IMG/VR virus record: IMGVR_UViG_3300029258_003476 | Location: 1 to 64,000 of that record | Source of the DNA: an uncultured virus (IMG/VR IMGVR_UViG_3300029258_003476) | Taxonomy: Duplodnaviria; Heunggongvirae; Uroviricota; Caudoviricetes | Strand: one strand, 5' to 3' | DNA: 64,000 bases | In this document: piece by piece, positions 15,549 through 25,753 of the stretch | Layout of the letters: the number at the start of each line of letters is the position of its first letter | Position numbering within the stretch: position 1 is the stretch's first letter | Made by a program: the position numbers and the translations under genes | Notes under the pieces: model-generated | What the model saw: the letters and a program-made list of their open reading frames with translations, nothing else | What the model was told of the DNA's origin: nothing | Databases searched by the model: none

Positions 15549-15860
15549 TTACCTGTGGCGAGGCCACAGGCAGTCGTAGTCGTTTCTGACTACCTGTTGG
15601 CAGGTCTCCGGCAGATCCTCGAACCGTATCTTCTTGCCCAGATGCCTGTATCTTGGTCTGTCGATCTGCACGTCACTGAACCCGTGCATGCCGATGCCTT
15701 GTGGATGGGTTGGGTATGGTGACATTCCCAAGTACATGAACTGGCCGCCCACACGCTTTCGCGTGAAGACTACCGTGTACCTGTCAGCAGTGGTGCCGCC
15801 ATTGTCGTAGCAGCGCACGTATCTCGGGCTCACAGCTCCAATCTCCTCGAGGCTTTTCAT
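15549..15860 (-). CDS. conserved phage hypothetical protein
   Basis: YDNGGTTADRYTVVF...HLGKKIRFEDLP. Confidence 0.7.
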   Translation of the reverse strand: MKSLEEIGAVSPRYVRCYDNGGTTADRYTVVFTRKRVGGQFMYLGMSPYPTHPQGIGMHGFSDVQIDRPRYRHLGKKIRFEDLPETCQQVVRNDYDCLWPRHR

Positions 15861-16390
15861 GTGGTCAGCTCCTCATAGAGCTTGTAGATTCGATGGATGT
15901 TGCGGGCGATCATGGGTCTTCCGCGTTTGAACTGCAGTCTTGAGGTCTTGTACCCGAGCTTCTCTGCGAGGAAAGCCTCGGTGTAACCCTCGTTTTTGAG
16001 CAGTTCGAGCTTTCGCAGGGCCCTGGTGGAGCCCATGATGGTCACTTCGTTGGGAACGTCCGCAGTCACGGCGAGAATGGCCTCTTCGGTCTTCTTGCGA
16101 ATCTGCTTCTTCGTGCCGTTGCGGATGCGTCGAAGTGTGGTGTCACCGACTCCGGAGATGTCCTGGATGGTCCGTCGGCCGATGCCCTTCTTCGAGAGTT
16201 TGAGCATGTGCGCCCGGGCCTTGTCGGCCGGCACGAGGCCATTCCAGTCCCCGCCACGGTTGTACTTCTGCCTCATGCGCGCGTAGGAACGATTGGCCTC
16301 GCTGCACGGCTCACAGCGACACCCCGTGACGTAGCGCGCCCGCGTCCCGTGCTCAAACCGCTCGGGACCGGGCATGTCCTTGGGCCTCAT
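15857..16390 (-). CDS. Zn-binding plus HTH DNA-binding protein
   Basis: HGT..RY..GCRCEPC followed by GIGRRTIQDISGVGDTTLRRI. Confidence 0.7.
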   Translation of the reverse strand: MRPKDMPGPERFEHGTRARYVTGCRCEPCSEANRSYARMRQKYNRGGDWNGLVPADKARAHMLKLSKKGIGRRTIQDISGVGDTTLRRIRNGTKKQIRKKTEEAILAVTADVPNEVTIMGSTRALRKLELLKNEGYTEAFLAEKLGYKTSRLQFKRGRPMIARNIHRIYKLYEELTT

Positions 16391-17121
16391 ACCTCGTAGA
16401 CGTCGCTGTGGACCGGGCGGCGAAGATGCCTATAGACCACGATGACTCGGTCCAGATGTACCTCAATGCGGTCGACCGGAGCCACGACGGAGTCGATGAT
16501 GGACAACACGAGCTCGTAGTGTTTGGAATTGGGGGGCAGAGGTTCGTTGTTCAGCATCCACGAGTTCGGGTTTTGGAGGGTCGTGGCGACGTCCCCAGGC
16601 ACGATGACCTGGAAGCCCTTGATGGAGGCCACGTAGGAGACCACTCGAGGGTCGCGGGTGACTGGCTGGAACTCGTTCTGGTGGTCGAGCACCTCCTGGA
16701 TCTGCGGCGGTTGCCAGTTCGGCGGCTTGAGCCACTTGCCATCCTCGCGCTTGGTGGCGCCGGGGCCGAACTTGGCCATGTTGGCCCGATGGACCTCGGC
16801 GGCGATGCGCGGGCCGTGGATGCCGAACGTCTGCCTGGCGCCTTCTACGACGTAGTCGATGTCCGCCAGCGCGTCGGCCACGAGGCAGACGTCCCATTCG
16901 TCGTCGGGCGCCTCTTCGAGCAGCTCCTCGACGGAGTCGCGCACGTTCGTCACGAGGTGCGGCGCCCCGCCCATGTAGCAGGCGTCCAGCAGCTCCGTGC
17001 ACTCTTCGCAGATGAGGCGCAGGCGCAGGATGATCTCGTCCTTGGTAGGCTTGCGGGGGCTGTCGTAGCAGGGCTGATCAGCCTTCTTCATGAACTCGCG
17101 TACTTGCTGCCTGATGTTCAC
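16387..17121 (-). CDS. MazG-like nucleoside triphosphate pyrophosphohydrolase
   Basis: GTG start 17121; LICEECTEL, DALADIDYV, EVHRANMAK...REDGKWLKPPNW. Confidence 0.8.
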   Translation of the reverse strand: MNIRQQVREFMKKADQPCYDSPRKPTKDEIILRLRLICEECTELLDACYMGGAPHLVTNVRDSVEELLEEAPDDEWDVCLVADALADIDYVVEGARQTFGIHGPRIAAEVHRANMAKFGPGATKREDGKWLKPPNWQPPQIQEVLDHQNEFQPVTRDPRVVSYVASIKGFQVIVPGDVATTLQNPNSWMLNNEPLPPNSKHYELVLSIIDSVVAPVDRIEVHLDRVIVVYRHLRRPVHSDVYEV

Positions 17122-17558
17122 TTCTGTCTCCTTTCCGTTGGAAGGTCGTCCAAGATGGCCTGGATGTAGTCGCTCTTGAACTTCTCCCTCTTTCTGTTCG
17201 TGTAGTCGGCGTCGTTGAGCTTCCTCGCGATCTCCTTGAGCGAGTAGTGCCCAAGCATCCTTTTGATGAGAACGATGATGTTCTGCTCGTACGGGTGGCT
17301 GACGAGCATGGTTCCGTGGTTGCTTTCTCGGTACCGATAGCCGTACGGAGGCTTGAACCTGACGGGGGCCTTCGTTCCGCCGTACCACCCGACGTACAGC
17401 TTCTTGTGCCACTCGTTGCCAGGCGGGTAGATGTCCAGCAGCTCGAACAAGGCGAGCTCGGCATCTACCTTGTTGTGGAACGTCCTTGGGAAGTACGGTC
17501 GGCGGTTGTGCATCACCGCCCAGCCCGGCCCAACGACGTCATCCTCTTTGGGAGGCAT
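17118..17558 (-). CDS. protein with a serine-recombinase-type DNA-binding segment
   Basis: PPYGYR...EQNII...SLKEIARKLN; no catalytic domain seen. Confidence 0.55.
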   Translation of the reverse strand: MPPKEDDVVGPGWAVMHNRRPYFPRTFHNKVDAELALFELLDIYPPGNEWHKKLYVGWYGGTKAPVRFKPPYGYRYRESNHGTMLVSHPYEQNIIVLIKRMLGHYSLKEIARKLNDADYTNRKREKFKSDYIQAILDDLPTERRQK

Positions 17559-17835
17559 GCTCTAGCACCATGGCCACGTCGCACTCCCGGCGCGCCGAGG
17601 ACTTGTAGATGACGATGACGATGGCTTGGTGGACTTCGACACGCTCGACGGGGGAGCTCGTTTCTGTGAGAAGCGCGTCCACAGCCTCTCTCCATTCCGC
17701 CCCCGGGGTGTCGCGGCTGTAGCAGTAGCCGCGGAAGGCCCTGTTCTTGCCCTTCATGTCAGGGGCCAGCCACACTTCTGTTCCCCACAGGACGAACACT
17801 TCGGGCGGAGCTACATTCTCTTTCTTTCTGCTCAT
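17539..17835 (-). CDS. hypothetical protein
   Basis: GGAGG RBS before MSRKKEN. Confidence 0.55.
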   Translation of the reverse strand: MSRKKENVAPPEVFVLWGTEVWLAPDMKGKNRAFRGYCYSRDTPGAEWREAVDALLTETSSPVERVEVHQAIVIVIYKSSARRECDVAMVLEHASQRG

Positions 17836-17852
17836 CTTCCTCCACAAACGAC

Positions 17853-17877
17853 AAAAGGCGCCCTTGCGAGGCGCCCT
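17853..17877 (-). terminator. intrinsic terminator
   Basis: Minus strand AGGGCGCC-TCGCAAG-GGCGCCTT followed by Ts. Confidence 0.55.
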
Positions 17878-17910
17878 CGGTCTTTCGTTCGGGGTTTTCA
17901 GTCTACGAGG

Positions 17911-18063
17911 TCATGCGGCCGTCTTGTAGTTCCGGCTGCGCTCTTCGAGCCGCTTCTGCAACTCGGACTGACGCTCGAGGAGCATCAGGAGCTCTTGGCC
18001 ACTCGCGGTAACGAGCGCCTTTTCAACCTCGGCCAACTGCTTGCGTACGATCTGTTGCATCAT
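17911..18063 (-). CDS. 50-aa coiled-coil peptide with its own promoter and terminator
   Basis: GGAGGT RBS; MMQQIVRKQLAEVEK...; upstream TTGTAC-N16-TATACT on the minus strand. Confidence 0.55.
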   Translation of the reverse strand: MMQQIVRKQLAEVEKALVTASGQELLMLLERQSELQKRLEERSRNYKTAA

Positions 18064-18159
18064 GGCCCACCTCCGGGTTGGGGCCTACTTTCTACTTCTA
18101 GTATACGAGTAGTTGACGTGAGTACAAGACCCCGTCAAGGGGAAAAACGAGGGGATTCG

Positions 18160-18411
18160 TTACTTTTTCAAGGCGCTGTTTGGAGGAAGAATGTCTGCCA
18201 GACTTTCCTCGTCCAAAAGTACGCCCAGGGGCCTGAAAACGTACTCTTTGCCATCTTTTGTGACGCTGCACATGACAGGGATGTCACCCCCGGTCACCCT
18301 CGTGCAGTGAACAAGAGCAAGATGCCCGTCCCGAGCGGCCGAGAGCAGGGCTTCGAGCGGCTCTTTGAACGGCTCGAGGTACGCGTCGTTCGTCTTGACG
18401 GTATCAGCCAT
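18160..18411 (-). CDS. hypothetical protein
   Basis: Operon packing, RBS. Confidence 0.6.
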   Translation of the reverse strand: MADTVKTNDAYLEPFKEPLEALLSAARDGHLALVHCTRVTGGDIPVMCSVTKDGKEYVFRPLGVLLDEESLADILPPNSALKK

Positions 18412-18778
18412 CGTTCCTCTCCGTCAGTTCCGGTTTCCGGCAGACCCTTCGAATCTCTTTGACGAGCTCGTCGGCGTCCTCGAGTGGGCAGATGCCTTCA
18501 CGTTGACTGTTGCGAGGTGAGCTGAACAGGGCGACGTTGCCCTCGACGCGCACGGCGCACCGTCGGAACGACACGCTGCCGCGCTCCTCGATAGCTTCTG
18601 CGATGGCCAACATCTCGGAAGCCGTTCCTTCAACTTCGGCGTCACTGATCCGGCCAGAATGCTGAAAGCTGGCCGTTCCAGGGCACAGAGAGTCAGCTTC
18701 GAACCAGCTTTTCCCTTCGTGTTCCGCTCGTTCGACGACGTACCAATCATACCCGCAGTCGCGGATCGTCAACTTCAT
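18404..18778 (-). CDS. hypothetical protein
   Basis: ATGA overlap with the upstream gene. Confidence 0.6.
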   Translation of the reverse strand: MKLTIRDCGYDWYVVERAEHEGKSWFEADSLCPGTASFQHSGRISDAEVEGTASEMLAIAEAIEERGSVSFRRCAVRVEGNVALFSSPRNSQREGICPLEDADELVKEIRRVCRKPELTERNDG

Positions 18779-19086
18779 TTGCTTCCTTCTTTCTCCAAGT
18801 ACTCGAACACACGGTCCATCGACTCGGCGTGGTAGATGCGCAGGCTCGGGTGCGCTTCCATGAACGGGATGAGCATCTCGTCCCGCACCCGAACCAACTG
18901 GTGGTAGTCCATGTCGCCGAGCTCTTTGGCCGCCGGGTACCCCTCGGGCACCGCCGGTGGGTCGTTTCTAGCCTCGGCGATGATGTACGGCGCGATGAGG
19001 TGCCCGAACAGCTTTGCGCGGGCCGCCCCGTCTTTCTTCTTCAGTCTGCTCTTGAGCCACTTGCTTGTGTCTTTCTTCTTCATCAT
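18775..19086 (-). CDS. hypothetical protein
   Basis: GAGGAG RBS. Confidence 0.55.
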   Translation of the reverse strand: MMKKKDTSKWLKSRLKKKDGAARAKLFGHLIAPYIIAEARNDPPAVPEGYPAAKELGDMDYHQLVRVRDEMLIPFMEAHPSLRIYHAESMDRVFEYLEKEGSK

Positions 19087-19306
19087 CTCCTCGAACGTTG
19101 GTGATGTTGATGGTTACCCCTGGCCGGGGTCGGATGACGACGCTGCGGGAGGCGCCGTGCTTCCACTCGACGGGCTCTGCGTCGATGGCTCCGCTCAGGT
19201 TGCCCTTGTTGCTCTTCCAGAGCACCCCGATGGGGATGAACCGGGTACCGTCCCTGTCGTCTGTGTTGATGACGGCGACGATGTCCGCCACTGGTTCCTT
19301 GGACAT
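18968..19306 (-). CDS. hypothetical small beta-rich protein
   Basis: AAGGAG RBS before MSKEPVAD; IGVLWKSNKG. Confidence 0.5.
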   Translation of the reverse strand: MSKEPVADIVAVINTDDRDGTRFIPIGVLWKSNKGNLSGAIDAEPVEWKHGASRSVVIRPRPGVTINITNVRGDDEEERHKQVAQEQTEEERRGGPRKAVRAPHRAVHHRRG

Positions 19307-19319
19307 GCGCGTCTCCTTT

Positions 19320-20585
19320 CTACTTGTCTGCGGGGTTGCGGAAGCGCTTGAAGACGGGGAACCGCAACTTACCATCGTCCGTCATCTCCTGGGCCTCCAC
19401 TTCTGCGATGGCGCCCCAGTAGCACTTCGGGTTGTCCTCGAGGTCCGCGGTGATGTCCTTTCGCTGCTGATCGGTGAACCCGCCGCCCACGGACGTGACG
19501 ACGTCACCGATGCGCACCTTGAAGGCAGCGAACACCCCGCTCAACCGGCCTTTGCCGAACTCGTGCCCGACGACCTGCCCTTCCCAGGTACTCTTGGGTT
19601 TGACCTTGAGGATGGCGTTCGAGCGCTTGAACTCGTAGGGGGCATTCGGATCTTTGATCATCGCACCTTCGAAGCCCATATTGACGAAGTGTGCGAACTG
19701 CTCGAGCAGCTGCTCGTTGTCGTGCACATACCCTCCCGGCACGGGCACGACGTTGAAGACGCACCAGGGAGGCTGCTCGATCTCGTTTCTCCTTTCCGCG
19801 TACGACAGGGACTTGCCTTGGCTCTTCCACACCTCAAGCGGGATCTTGTCGAAGATGTGGTAGACGGCTTGTGCGTCGCTGACGGTGTTGACCTTGGAGA
19901 ACACAAGCGACTGCGTCTCGTTCCAGTTGTTCTTCATCACTTCCCCGTCAAGCACGTAGTCGCCCTTCGGCAGAGACCGAACGCCCTCTTCGATCGTGGG
20001 CAGTGTGTCGACCGTCTGCCCGCCGCGTGTGACCATCTTCACGCTGTCCCCTTCGCGAATGGCCACGAGGCGGATGCCGTCGAGCTTGCGGTCGCACCAC
20101 ACCGGGAAGTTGATCTTCTCCCGAATGGTGATGTTGCCCTCGAGGTCGCGTGCGCAGTCGAGCTCGTTGGCGAGCATCACCTCGAACACCGGCACCATGT
20201 CGGGGAAGACCTTGTTGACGGTCTTGGCCTCGACGCCGCACCTGAGCTTCTTCTGTACGATGCGCGCGGCCCACTTGCGCATCTCCGACGGCATGTCCCC
20301 GAGGATCTCGTTGAGGTAGTGCTTGGCGGCGTTGCCGGTGATCTCTCTCGTGTTGAGCCTCTCCAAGAAGTTGAGGAACACGAACCAGGACATCTCATCG
20401 TCGTTGAATGCGAACGTCGTACGGGGGGTAGAAGGAAGGCGCACGTCTTGGATGTAGTAGGGCTTGTAGGGGTCCAGCGCTGCGATCAGAAGGACGCGGA
20501 GCAGTGCGGTCGACCCCTCGAGGATGGCTTCTTTCTCTTTCCTGCTGTTCGTGGCCTCGAGGGCCTCGAGCTGTTCAACAATCAT
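19320..20585 (-). CDS. lig: ATP-dependent DNA ligase
   Basis: KLDGIR (motif I), LDGEV, FEGAMIK, YEFKRS..LKVK, LRFPVFKRFR. Confidence 0.92.
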   Translation of the reverse strand: MIVEQLEALEATNSRKEKEAILEGSTALLRVLLIAALDPYKPYYIQDVRLPSTPRTTFAFNDDEMSWFVFLNFLERLNTREITGNAAKHYLNEILGDMPSEMRKWAARIVQKKLRCGVEAKTVNKVFPDMVPVFEVMLANELDCARDLEGNITIREKINFPVWCDRKLDGIRLVAIREGDSVKMVTRGGQTVDTLPTIEEGVRSLPKGDYVLDGEVMKNNWNETQSLVFSKVNTVSDAQAVYHIFDKIPLEVWKSQGKSLSYAERRNEIEQPPWCVFNVVPVPGGYVHDNEQLLEQFAHFVNMGFEGAMIKDPNAPYEFKRSNAILKVKPKSTWEGQVVGHEFGKGRLSGVFAAFKVRIGDVVTSVGGGFTDQQRKDITADLEDNPKCYWGAIAEVEAQEMTDDGKLRFPVFKRFRNPADK

Positions 20586-21204
20586 TCGGGTCCTCCATGA
20601 GCTGCCTGACGAGGGCCAGGTTGCTCTCCAGTTGCTTTTCTACTTCCTTCAGGGCGGTGTACTCGCGACGCGCGTGCGGAAGCGCCCTTTCGATGGCGGC
20701 TTCGGGGGCCGTCACCTGCCTTATGCCCTGAATCAGGTGCTTGATGACGCGGATCTCCCTGTCCTCGGCATACAGGAAGGCAGTCCTTCCCTCAACGTCC
20801 CAGCCGATGTCCAGGTAGTTGGCCAGCGCCTCGGCCGCTTGCTCGTCGTCTTCGAAGCGCCCGCACTGGTCGCACTTCTGGACGATGACCTGGCCGTCGT
20901 CGGCCATGTCATCGTTGAAAGGGCACAGCGCCCCTGGGATGATCTCGCCGGCGCAGTGACACCCGACGTGCTCTTCCCAGTCCGAGAGCTGGAAGCCGAG
21001 CGCGCCCGCAGATGCGCGCCTGACCTTTCCGCGATGCTTTTCGTCGTAGAGCATTCCTTTGGTGACGCCTCGCCCGCGCAGGAACGGGGGCACGTCCATC
21101 TGGTTCACGTCGGTGCGCTTCAGGCCCCGGCTCTCCGCGCCTTCGCGCAGCCAGCTGGTCAGCTTGTCGATCCCGTGAAGGATGGTCTTGTCGTCATCGG
21201 ACAT
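20575..21204 (-). CDS. hypothetical protein
   Basis: Start MSDDDK with GGAG RBS. Confidence 0.6.
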   Translation of the reverse strand: MSDDDKTILHGIDKLTSWLREGAESRGLKRTDVNQMDVPPFLRGRGVTKGMLYDEKHRGKVRRASAGALGFQLSDWEEHVGCHCAGEIIPGALCPFNDDMADDGQVIVQKCDQCGRFEDDEQAAEALANYLDIGWDVEGRTAFLYAEDREIRVIKHLIQGIRQVTAPEAAIERALPHARREYTALKEVEKQLESNLALVRQLMEDPNDC

Positions 21205-21598
21205 CTTCGCACTCCTGTCTGAAGTCCTCGAGCGCGTCGGAGTACTTCTTGGCCATCTCTTCGTCTCCGAGGGCCACGTGGGCGTCGTGGAGGTCGTAAA
21301 GAGCGGCGGCGAGCCTCTCACGAAGGCTGCGTCGGTGCAGAGTGAGCTCCGAGCACCGCAGCTGTGTGAGGCGCAAGTTCTTCGCCATGGCTGCCCCCTC
21401 CGGTATGGTGTGAGTCAAGCCGAACTCGAAGATGACTGCGTCCGCCGCGTGCTGCGCCTCTGAAAGCTTGATGGACCAGCCGATATTATCCAGCGCGCTG
21501 AGAACCCGCTCTCGCGGGCTGCGGCTGTCGTTCGCCTCCAGTAGCTTCAGGCGCTTTTGTGAGTACGCGTGCGCGAGCTCCATGTTCACGTCTGTCAT
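21194..21598 (-). CDS. hypothetical protein
   Basis: Start MTDVNM with GGAG RBS. Confidence 0.6.
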   Translation of the reverse strand: MTDVNMELAHAYSQKRLKLLEANDSRSPRERVLSALDNIGWSIKLSEAQHAADAVIFEFGLTHTIPEGAAMAKNLRLTQLRCSELTLHRRSLRERLAAALYDLHDAHVALGDEEMAKKYSDALEDFRQECEDVR

Positions 21599-21835
21599 CT
21601 GCTGTCTCCTGTCTGTTAGGCGTACTGTTTGCTCCGCTACCCTTATCGCTTCGAACGGGCCTTTCTTGTCAGGTGAATCTCGATGTGGTGCTTGTCGACC
21701 TTGGCCCGCTTGACGGACATCTTGTTCTCTCTGAACCACGCACGGATGTACGCCAACAGAAGCGCCTTCGACTTCGTCACTACCGGCTCAGTCAACTGAA
21801 AAGACAAGTACCATCCGCTCTCGGTTGGCCGTAGG

Positions 21836-23758
21836 GTGTACTGGCCGCTCATGGAAACTCCCGAACGATTGATCGACCCCCACAACCCGCCCGCCAGCTT
21901 CTTCATGCCGGGCTCTCTGTCTCCTGACTTCTTGAACGAGGAGCTGTTGGATGACTTCGCCGGCGACCCGGAACTGTCATCGCTCGACGGCGACTGGTCT
22001 GCCGAGTACGGACCTTCGATCGAGTATGAGGACCCAGGGGCCATAGCCAAGAGGATACAGGAAAAAGGCAGGGTCCAACTCTTCCCGACCGACTTCGTGC
22101 ACGCCGCCTTCAAGATGCCGAAGTCAGACGGGGGTTACGAGGACTTCTCGTTCGAGGGCCGCAGGCACATCCTGAGTCCGTACAACACGCAGGCCAAGCG
22201 CGTGCTTCTGGTGTGCGCCCGTCAGACCGAGAAGTCGACGCTGCTCGGCAACTTGGCGCTCACGTACTCGTGCCTCGTTCCGGCCTTCAAGACCTTGTAC
22301 GTGTCGCCGTCGGCGATGCAGACCAAAACGTTCTCGAACGACCGCGTCAAGGAGCCGATCGAGACGAGCCCCATCCTGCGGGCCTACACGACGCACAAGC
22401 TCAGCCAGAACATCTTCGAGAAGCAGTTCATCAACCGGTCGAAGATCACGCTTCGCTACGCGTTCCTCAACGCCGATCGTGTCCGCGGCATCCCGGCCTG
22501 GATGCTGCTGATCGACGAGATCCAGGACATCATCTCGGACAACATCCCGGTCATCGAGCACTGCCTGTCCCACGCCCCGAAAGAGTGGCGCCGGTTTGTG
22601 TACTCCGGCACCCCGAAGTCGCTCGACAACACCATCGAGTGGTACCGCGCCAACAAGTCGACTCAGGGCGAGTGGATGGTGCCGTGCGACCGCTGCGGGA
22701 GCAACGCCAAGGGGGCCGCTGGGCGCTTTTGGAACATCCTCGGCGAGAAGAACATCGGCAACAAAAGTCTGATCTGTGAGAAGTGCGGAGAGCAGCTGTA
22801 CCCGATGCACGAGGACGCCCAATGGGGGCACCACGTAGCCTGGCACCCGAAGTACGCCCCGTTCGAGAGCTACCGCATCAACCAGCTCATGGTTCCGTGG
22901 AAGGACTGGGACGAGCTGCTGTACGAGTACCACAACAACCCGCGAGCGAAGTTCCTCAACGAGTCGCTCGGCATCTCCTACGACTCCGGTCTTCGGCCTC
23001 TCACGCTCGGTCAGGTCAAGAACGAGTGCAACCCGGCCATCACGATGGCGGAGAAGGAGGTCAAGAAGTACCGCCAGATCGGCCTCGTGAACCCCATCTT
23101 CATGGGCATCGACTGGGGGACCGGCGAGAACACGTATACCGTGATCACGCTCGGTACGTACGTCGACATGAAGCTGCGGGTCTTCTATGTGCACCGCTGC
23201 ACGGGCGATCTTCTCGAGCCTCCGAAGCAGCTCGCGTTCATCAAGAAGCTGGTGCAGCAGTTTCACGTTCGGGTCATCGGCACCGACTACGGTGGCGGCT
23301 ACGACCGCAACGACGACTTGATGCGGGCGTTCGGCCCCGACCGACTCGTGAAGTACCAGTACCTCCCGCGCTCTCGTCAAAAAGTCAGCTGGCAGGGCAA
23401 GCTCGGCCGGTTCATCGTGTCGCGCACCGAGGTGATGAGCGACATCTTCAACGCCATCAAGCGTCACCAGTTCGAGTTCCCTCGATGGGAGGAGTTCCAC
23501 GCCGGGGGCAACGCTCCGTACGCCGGCGACATGCTCAACATCTACAGCGAGTACGACGAGCAGCGCCACCAGATCGTCTACAAGCACGCCCCCGACAAGC
23601 CGGACGACACTTTCCACTCACTTCTGTACATGACGCTCGGTTCGATGCTCATTCGGCCAAGGCCGGACATCGTCACGCCTAGAAAAGAAGTTTCTGGCGA
23701 AGGAAGGGGGCACCCGATGTTCGATGGGGACTATGATGGGACAGTAGATCAGGATTGA
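21836..23758 (+). CDS. terminase large subunit (GpA-like); start uncertain
   Basis: ARQTEKST Walker A, LLIDEIQD Walker B, SGTPKS, CxxC pair, nuclease MGIDWG...DDTFHS. Confidence 0.88.
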   Translation: MYWPLMETPERLIDPHNPPASFFMPGSLSPDFLNEELLDDFAGDPELSSLDGDWSAEYGPSIEYEDPGAIAKRIQEKGRVQLFPTDFVHAAFKMPKSDGGYEDFSFEGRRHILSPYNTQAKRVLLVCARQTEKSTLLGNLALTYSCLVPAFKTLYVSPSAMQTKTFSNDRVKEPIETSPILRAYTTHKLSQNIFEKQFINRSKITLRYAFLNADRVRGIPAWMLLIDEIQDIISDNIPVIEHCLSHAPKEWRRFVYSGTPKSLDNTIEWYRANKSTQGEWMVPCDRCGSNAKGAAGRFWNILGEKNIGNKSLICEKCGEQLYPMHEDAQWGHHVAWHPKYAPFESYRINQLMVPWKDWDELLYEYHNNPRAKFLNESLGISYDSGLRPLTLGQVKNECNPAITMAEKEVKKYRQIGLVNPIFMGIDWGTGENTYTVITLGTYVDMKLRVFYVHRCTGDLLEPPKQLAFIKKLVQQFHVRVIGTDYGGGYDRNDDLMRAFGPDRLVKYQYLPRSRQKVSWQGKLGRFIVSRTEVMSDIFNAIKRHQFEFPRWEEFHAGGNAPYAGDMLNIYSEYDEQRHQIVYKHAPDKPDDTFHSLLYMTLGSMLIRPRPDIVTPRKEVSGEGRGHPMFDGDYDGTVDQD

Positions 23759-24431
23759 GCAGGAGCATGGTGGACATGATGCGGGAGTCCAGCCCGGCGT
23801 CGGCAGGCCCCCGCGCATCTCCACCGAGCTCGTACAGTAGGACGGTCGCCTTGAGCGCCGTGCGGGCGCGCAGGATCAACGGGCGCAGGTAGAGCTGGTG
23901 TGCCGGCAGGTGTGCCTGCAGGTGCCGGCTCAGGTTCATGAGTGAGGCCCACGGCCGCGCGTTCGTGAGCGGCTCGGCCCGTCTGAAAAAGGCCTGGTCG
24001 ATGTTCATGAACACCCGGCACCACCGAATGACCTCGGTGGCATCCAAGGGCAGCTCGTCGACGTCCGAGTTCGCCTTGTGGATCAACGCCAACATGGGTT
24101 GGCGTTCGGTTGGGATCTCGTACGGCACCATGCCGATGACGAAGGAGACGTTGCGCACTTCGTCTTCCAGCTGCGCGATCTTGGCTTTGAGCAGGGACAC
24201 GTCGTCGGCAAGCGCGCCGCTCCTTCTGTACCTCTGCTTCTCCCTCTCTTCTTTTAGCTTCTTGATGTCCTCGACGTGGAAGACGTACTTCGCTCGGCTG
24301 CCTGGGAAGAGCTTCTTGTACTCTTCGATTGGTACTTTTCTTAGTACCCCTTCTTCCGCCATGCGCGACAGAAGAGAGTACCGACAGCCGAGCAGTCGAG
24401 CCGCTTTGTACGCCGTGATGACCTTGTCCAT
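23679..24431 (-). CDS. HTH DNA-binding protein
   Basis: ITAYKAARLLGCRYSLLSRMAEEGVL, a MerR/Xis-like HTH. Confidence 0.6.
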   Translation of the reverse strand: MDKVITAYKAARLLGCRYSLLSRMAEEGVLRKVPIEEYKKLFPGSRAKYVFHVEDIKKLKEEREKQRYRRSGALADDVSLLKAKIAQLEDEVRNVSFVIGMVPYEIPTERQPMLALIHKANSDVDELPLDATEVIRWCRVFMNIDQAFFRRAEPLTNARPWASLMNLSRHLQAHLPAHQLYLRPLILRARTALKATVLLYELGGDARGPADAGLDSRIMSTMLLLNPDLLSHHSPHRTSGAPFLRQKLLF

Positions 24432-24484
24432 GACTTTCCCTTCGCGACAGAAGCGTGGTACTACTTGGCGAACAGGAGTGGTCC

Positions 24485-25753
24485 ATGAGTGAGCTGCATC
24501 GTCAAGGTATCTTTCAACAGAGGCACGCGCGGCCCGTCAGTGGAGAAGACCTGGAGGTGCTTGGGAAGCAGGCTTCTGCTTGTTGGTACGAGAGGAAAGA
24601 CAGTGGATGCGGCCCCTCGACTCTTGGTGAGGCGGTAGTCGAGACGGTGAAGAAGGCAGGGCTCAGCCCCGAGCAGGTTCGCCGTGTGGTGGAGTTCGCC
24701 AACACCGACGCCTTCCTCCGGGAGTTCCACAAGCTGTCGAGCGGCCACAAGTACGTGGACTTCGGCGGGGGCGTGCTCGCCGACCCTTCCGACGTGCTTC
24801 GGGACCTGAACGACGGGGGCGGGGGGACGGTGTTCGACGCCGGCACCGGCGACTACGACCAGCCTCCGGAGGAGAAGCAGGCAAGCCTTGGGTTCGGCGG
24901 TTGGGACACGAGTGAGGGCGCCATCGCTGGTATGTTCGGCGCCGACCCGTCTCCGTACGAGTTCGAGGAGCCCCTCCGGCCGTTCTGGGACGCGCGCGAC
25001 AAGCTCGCGGGCATGCACGCCCATGTGAGCTCCGAGCTCAGTTCCACCGAGGTGCTGTACGACAGCATCGCCCGCGAGCTCGAGCACCAGACCAAGCAGG
25101 CCGCGCTCGAGGGCACGAGCCTCGGTCAGGTCGTTCAAGCTTGGTCGTCGATTACGGACAACCCCGCGTTCATCAAGGCCGCCTTCGAGCGCATCACCCC
25201 CGGCCTGGTCGAGGACGAGGTCTTTCCGTCGTACGACGCCGTCGGCGCCTCGATCGAGAAGGTCGGCGCGGCGCGGGTCGCCAACCCGCACCATCCGCTG
25301 GTCGAGACATTCCACGAGTACTGCGACGCGCTCGTGAAGATCGCTGAGCTGCGCTACCAACAGCAGGGCCTCGGCATCAAGTTGGCGCAGCTCGAGGAAG
25401 GCCTCAAGACCGCGAACATCGGCAAGCTCGTTGAGATGGCGGGTAAGGGGATGAGCGCGGTCGGCAAGGCCAGCAAGAAGGGCCGGGAGTTCGTCGAGCG
25501 GACGACACAGAGCCCGGCCTTGGGCGCCGCCACGGAGTGGGGAATCAAGGGCGCTCCTGTTGCCGCTGGTCTTCTCGGTGCCAAAGCTCTATCCGATCAG
25601 GTATCCACCAGCTACCCGCTCCAGGCGTCGCTCCCGTACTTGCCTGGGTCTCAGCAGTACAAGGCGCGGATCGCCAGGCGGCAGCAGGAGAACAATCCCG
25701 AGTACCGCGCCATGATGGCCGCGCAGGGAATGCCCATGGGAGGCTTGTTCTGA
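24485..25753 (+). CDS. putative head-internal or core protein
   Basis: Start MSELH; repeated KxA motifs; C-terminal Gly/Ala hydrophobic segment; lies between terminase and protease. Confidence 0.6.
   Translation: MSELHRQGIFQQRHARPVSGEDLEVLGKQASACWYERKDSGCGPSTLGEAVVETVKKAGLSPEQVRRVVEFANTDAFLREFHKLSSGHKYVDFGGGVLADPSDVLRDLNDGGGGTVFDAGTGDYDQPPEEKQASLGFGGWDTSEGAIAGMFGADPSPYEFEEPLRPFWDARDKLAGMHAHVSSELSSTEVLYDSIARELEHQTKQAALEGTSLGQVVQAWSSITDNPAFIKAAFERITPGLVEDEVFPSYDAVGASIEKVGAARVANPHHPLVETFHEYCDALVKIAELRYQQQGLGIKLAQLEEGLKTANIGKLVEMAGKGMSAVGKASKKGREFVERTTQSPALGAATEWGIKGAPVAAGLLGAKALSDQVSTSYPLQASLPYLPGSQQYKARIARRQQENNPEYRAMMAAQGMPMGGLF

Noticed and set aside
17118..17558. Integrase
   Set aside because: Only a DNA-binding-like fragment; no catalytic domain or att sites seen
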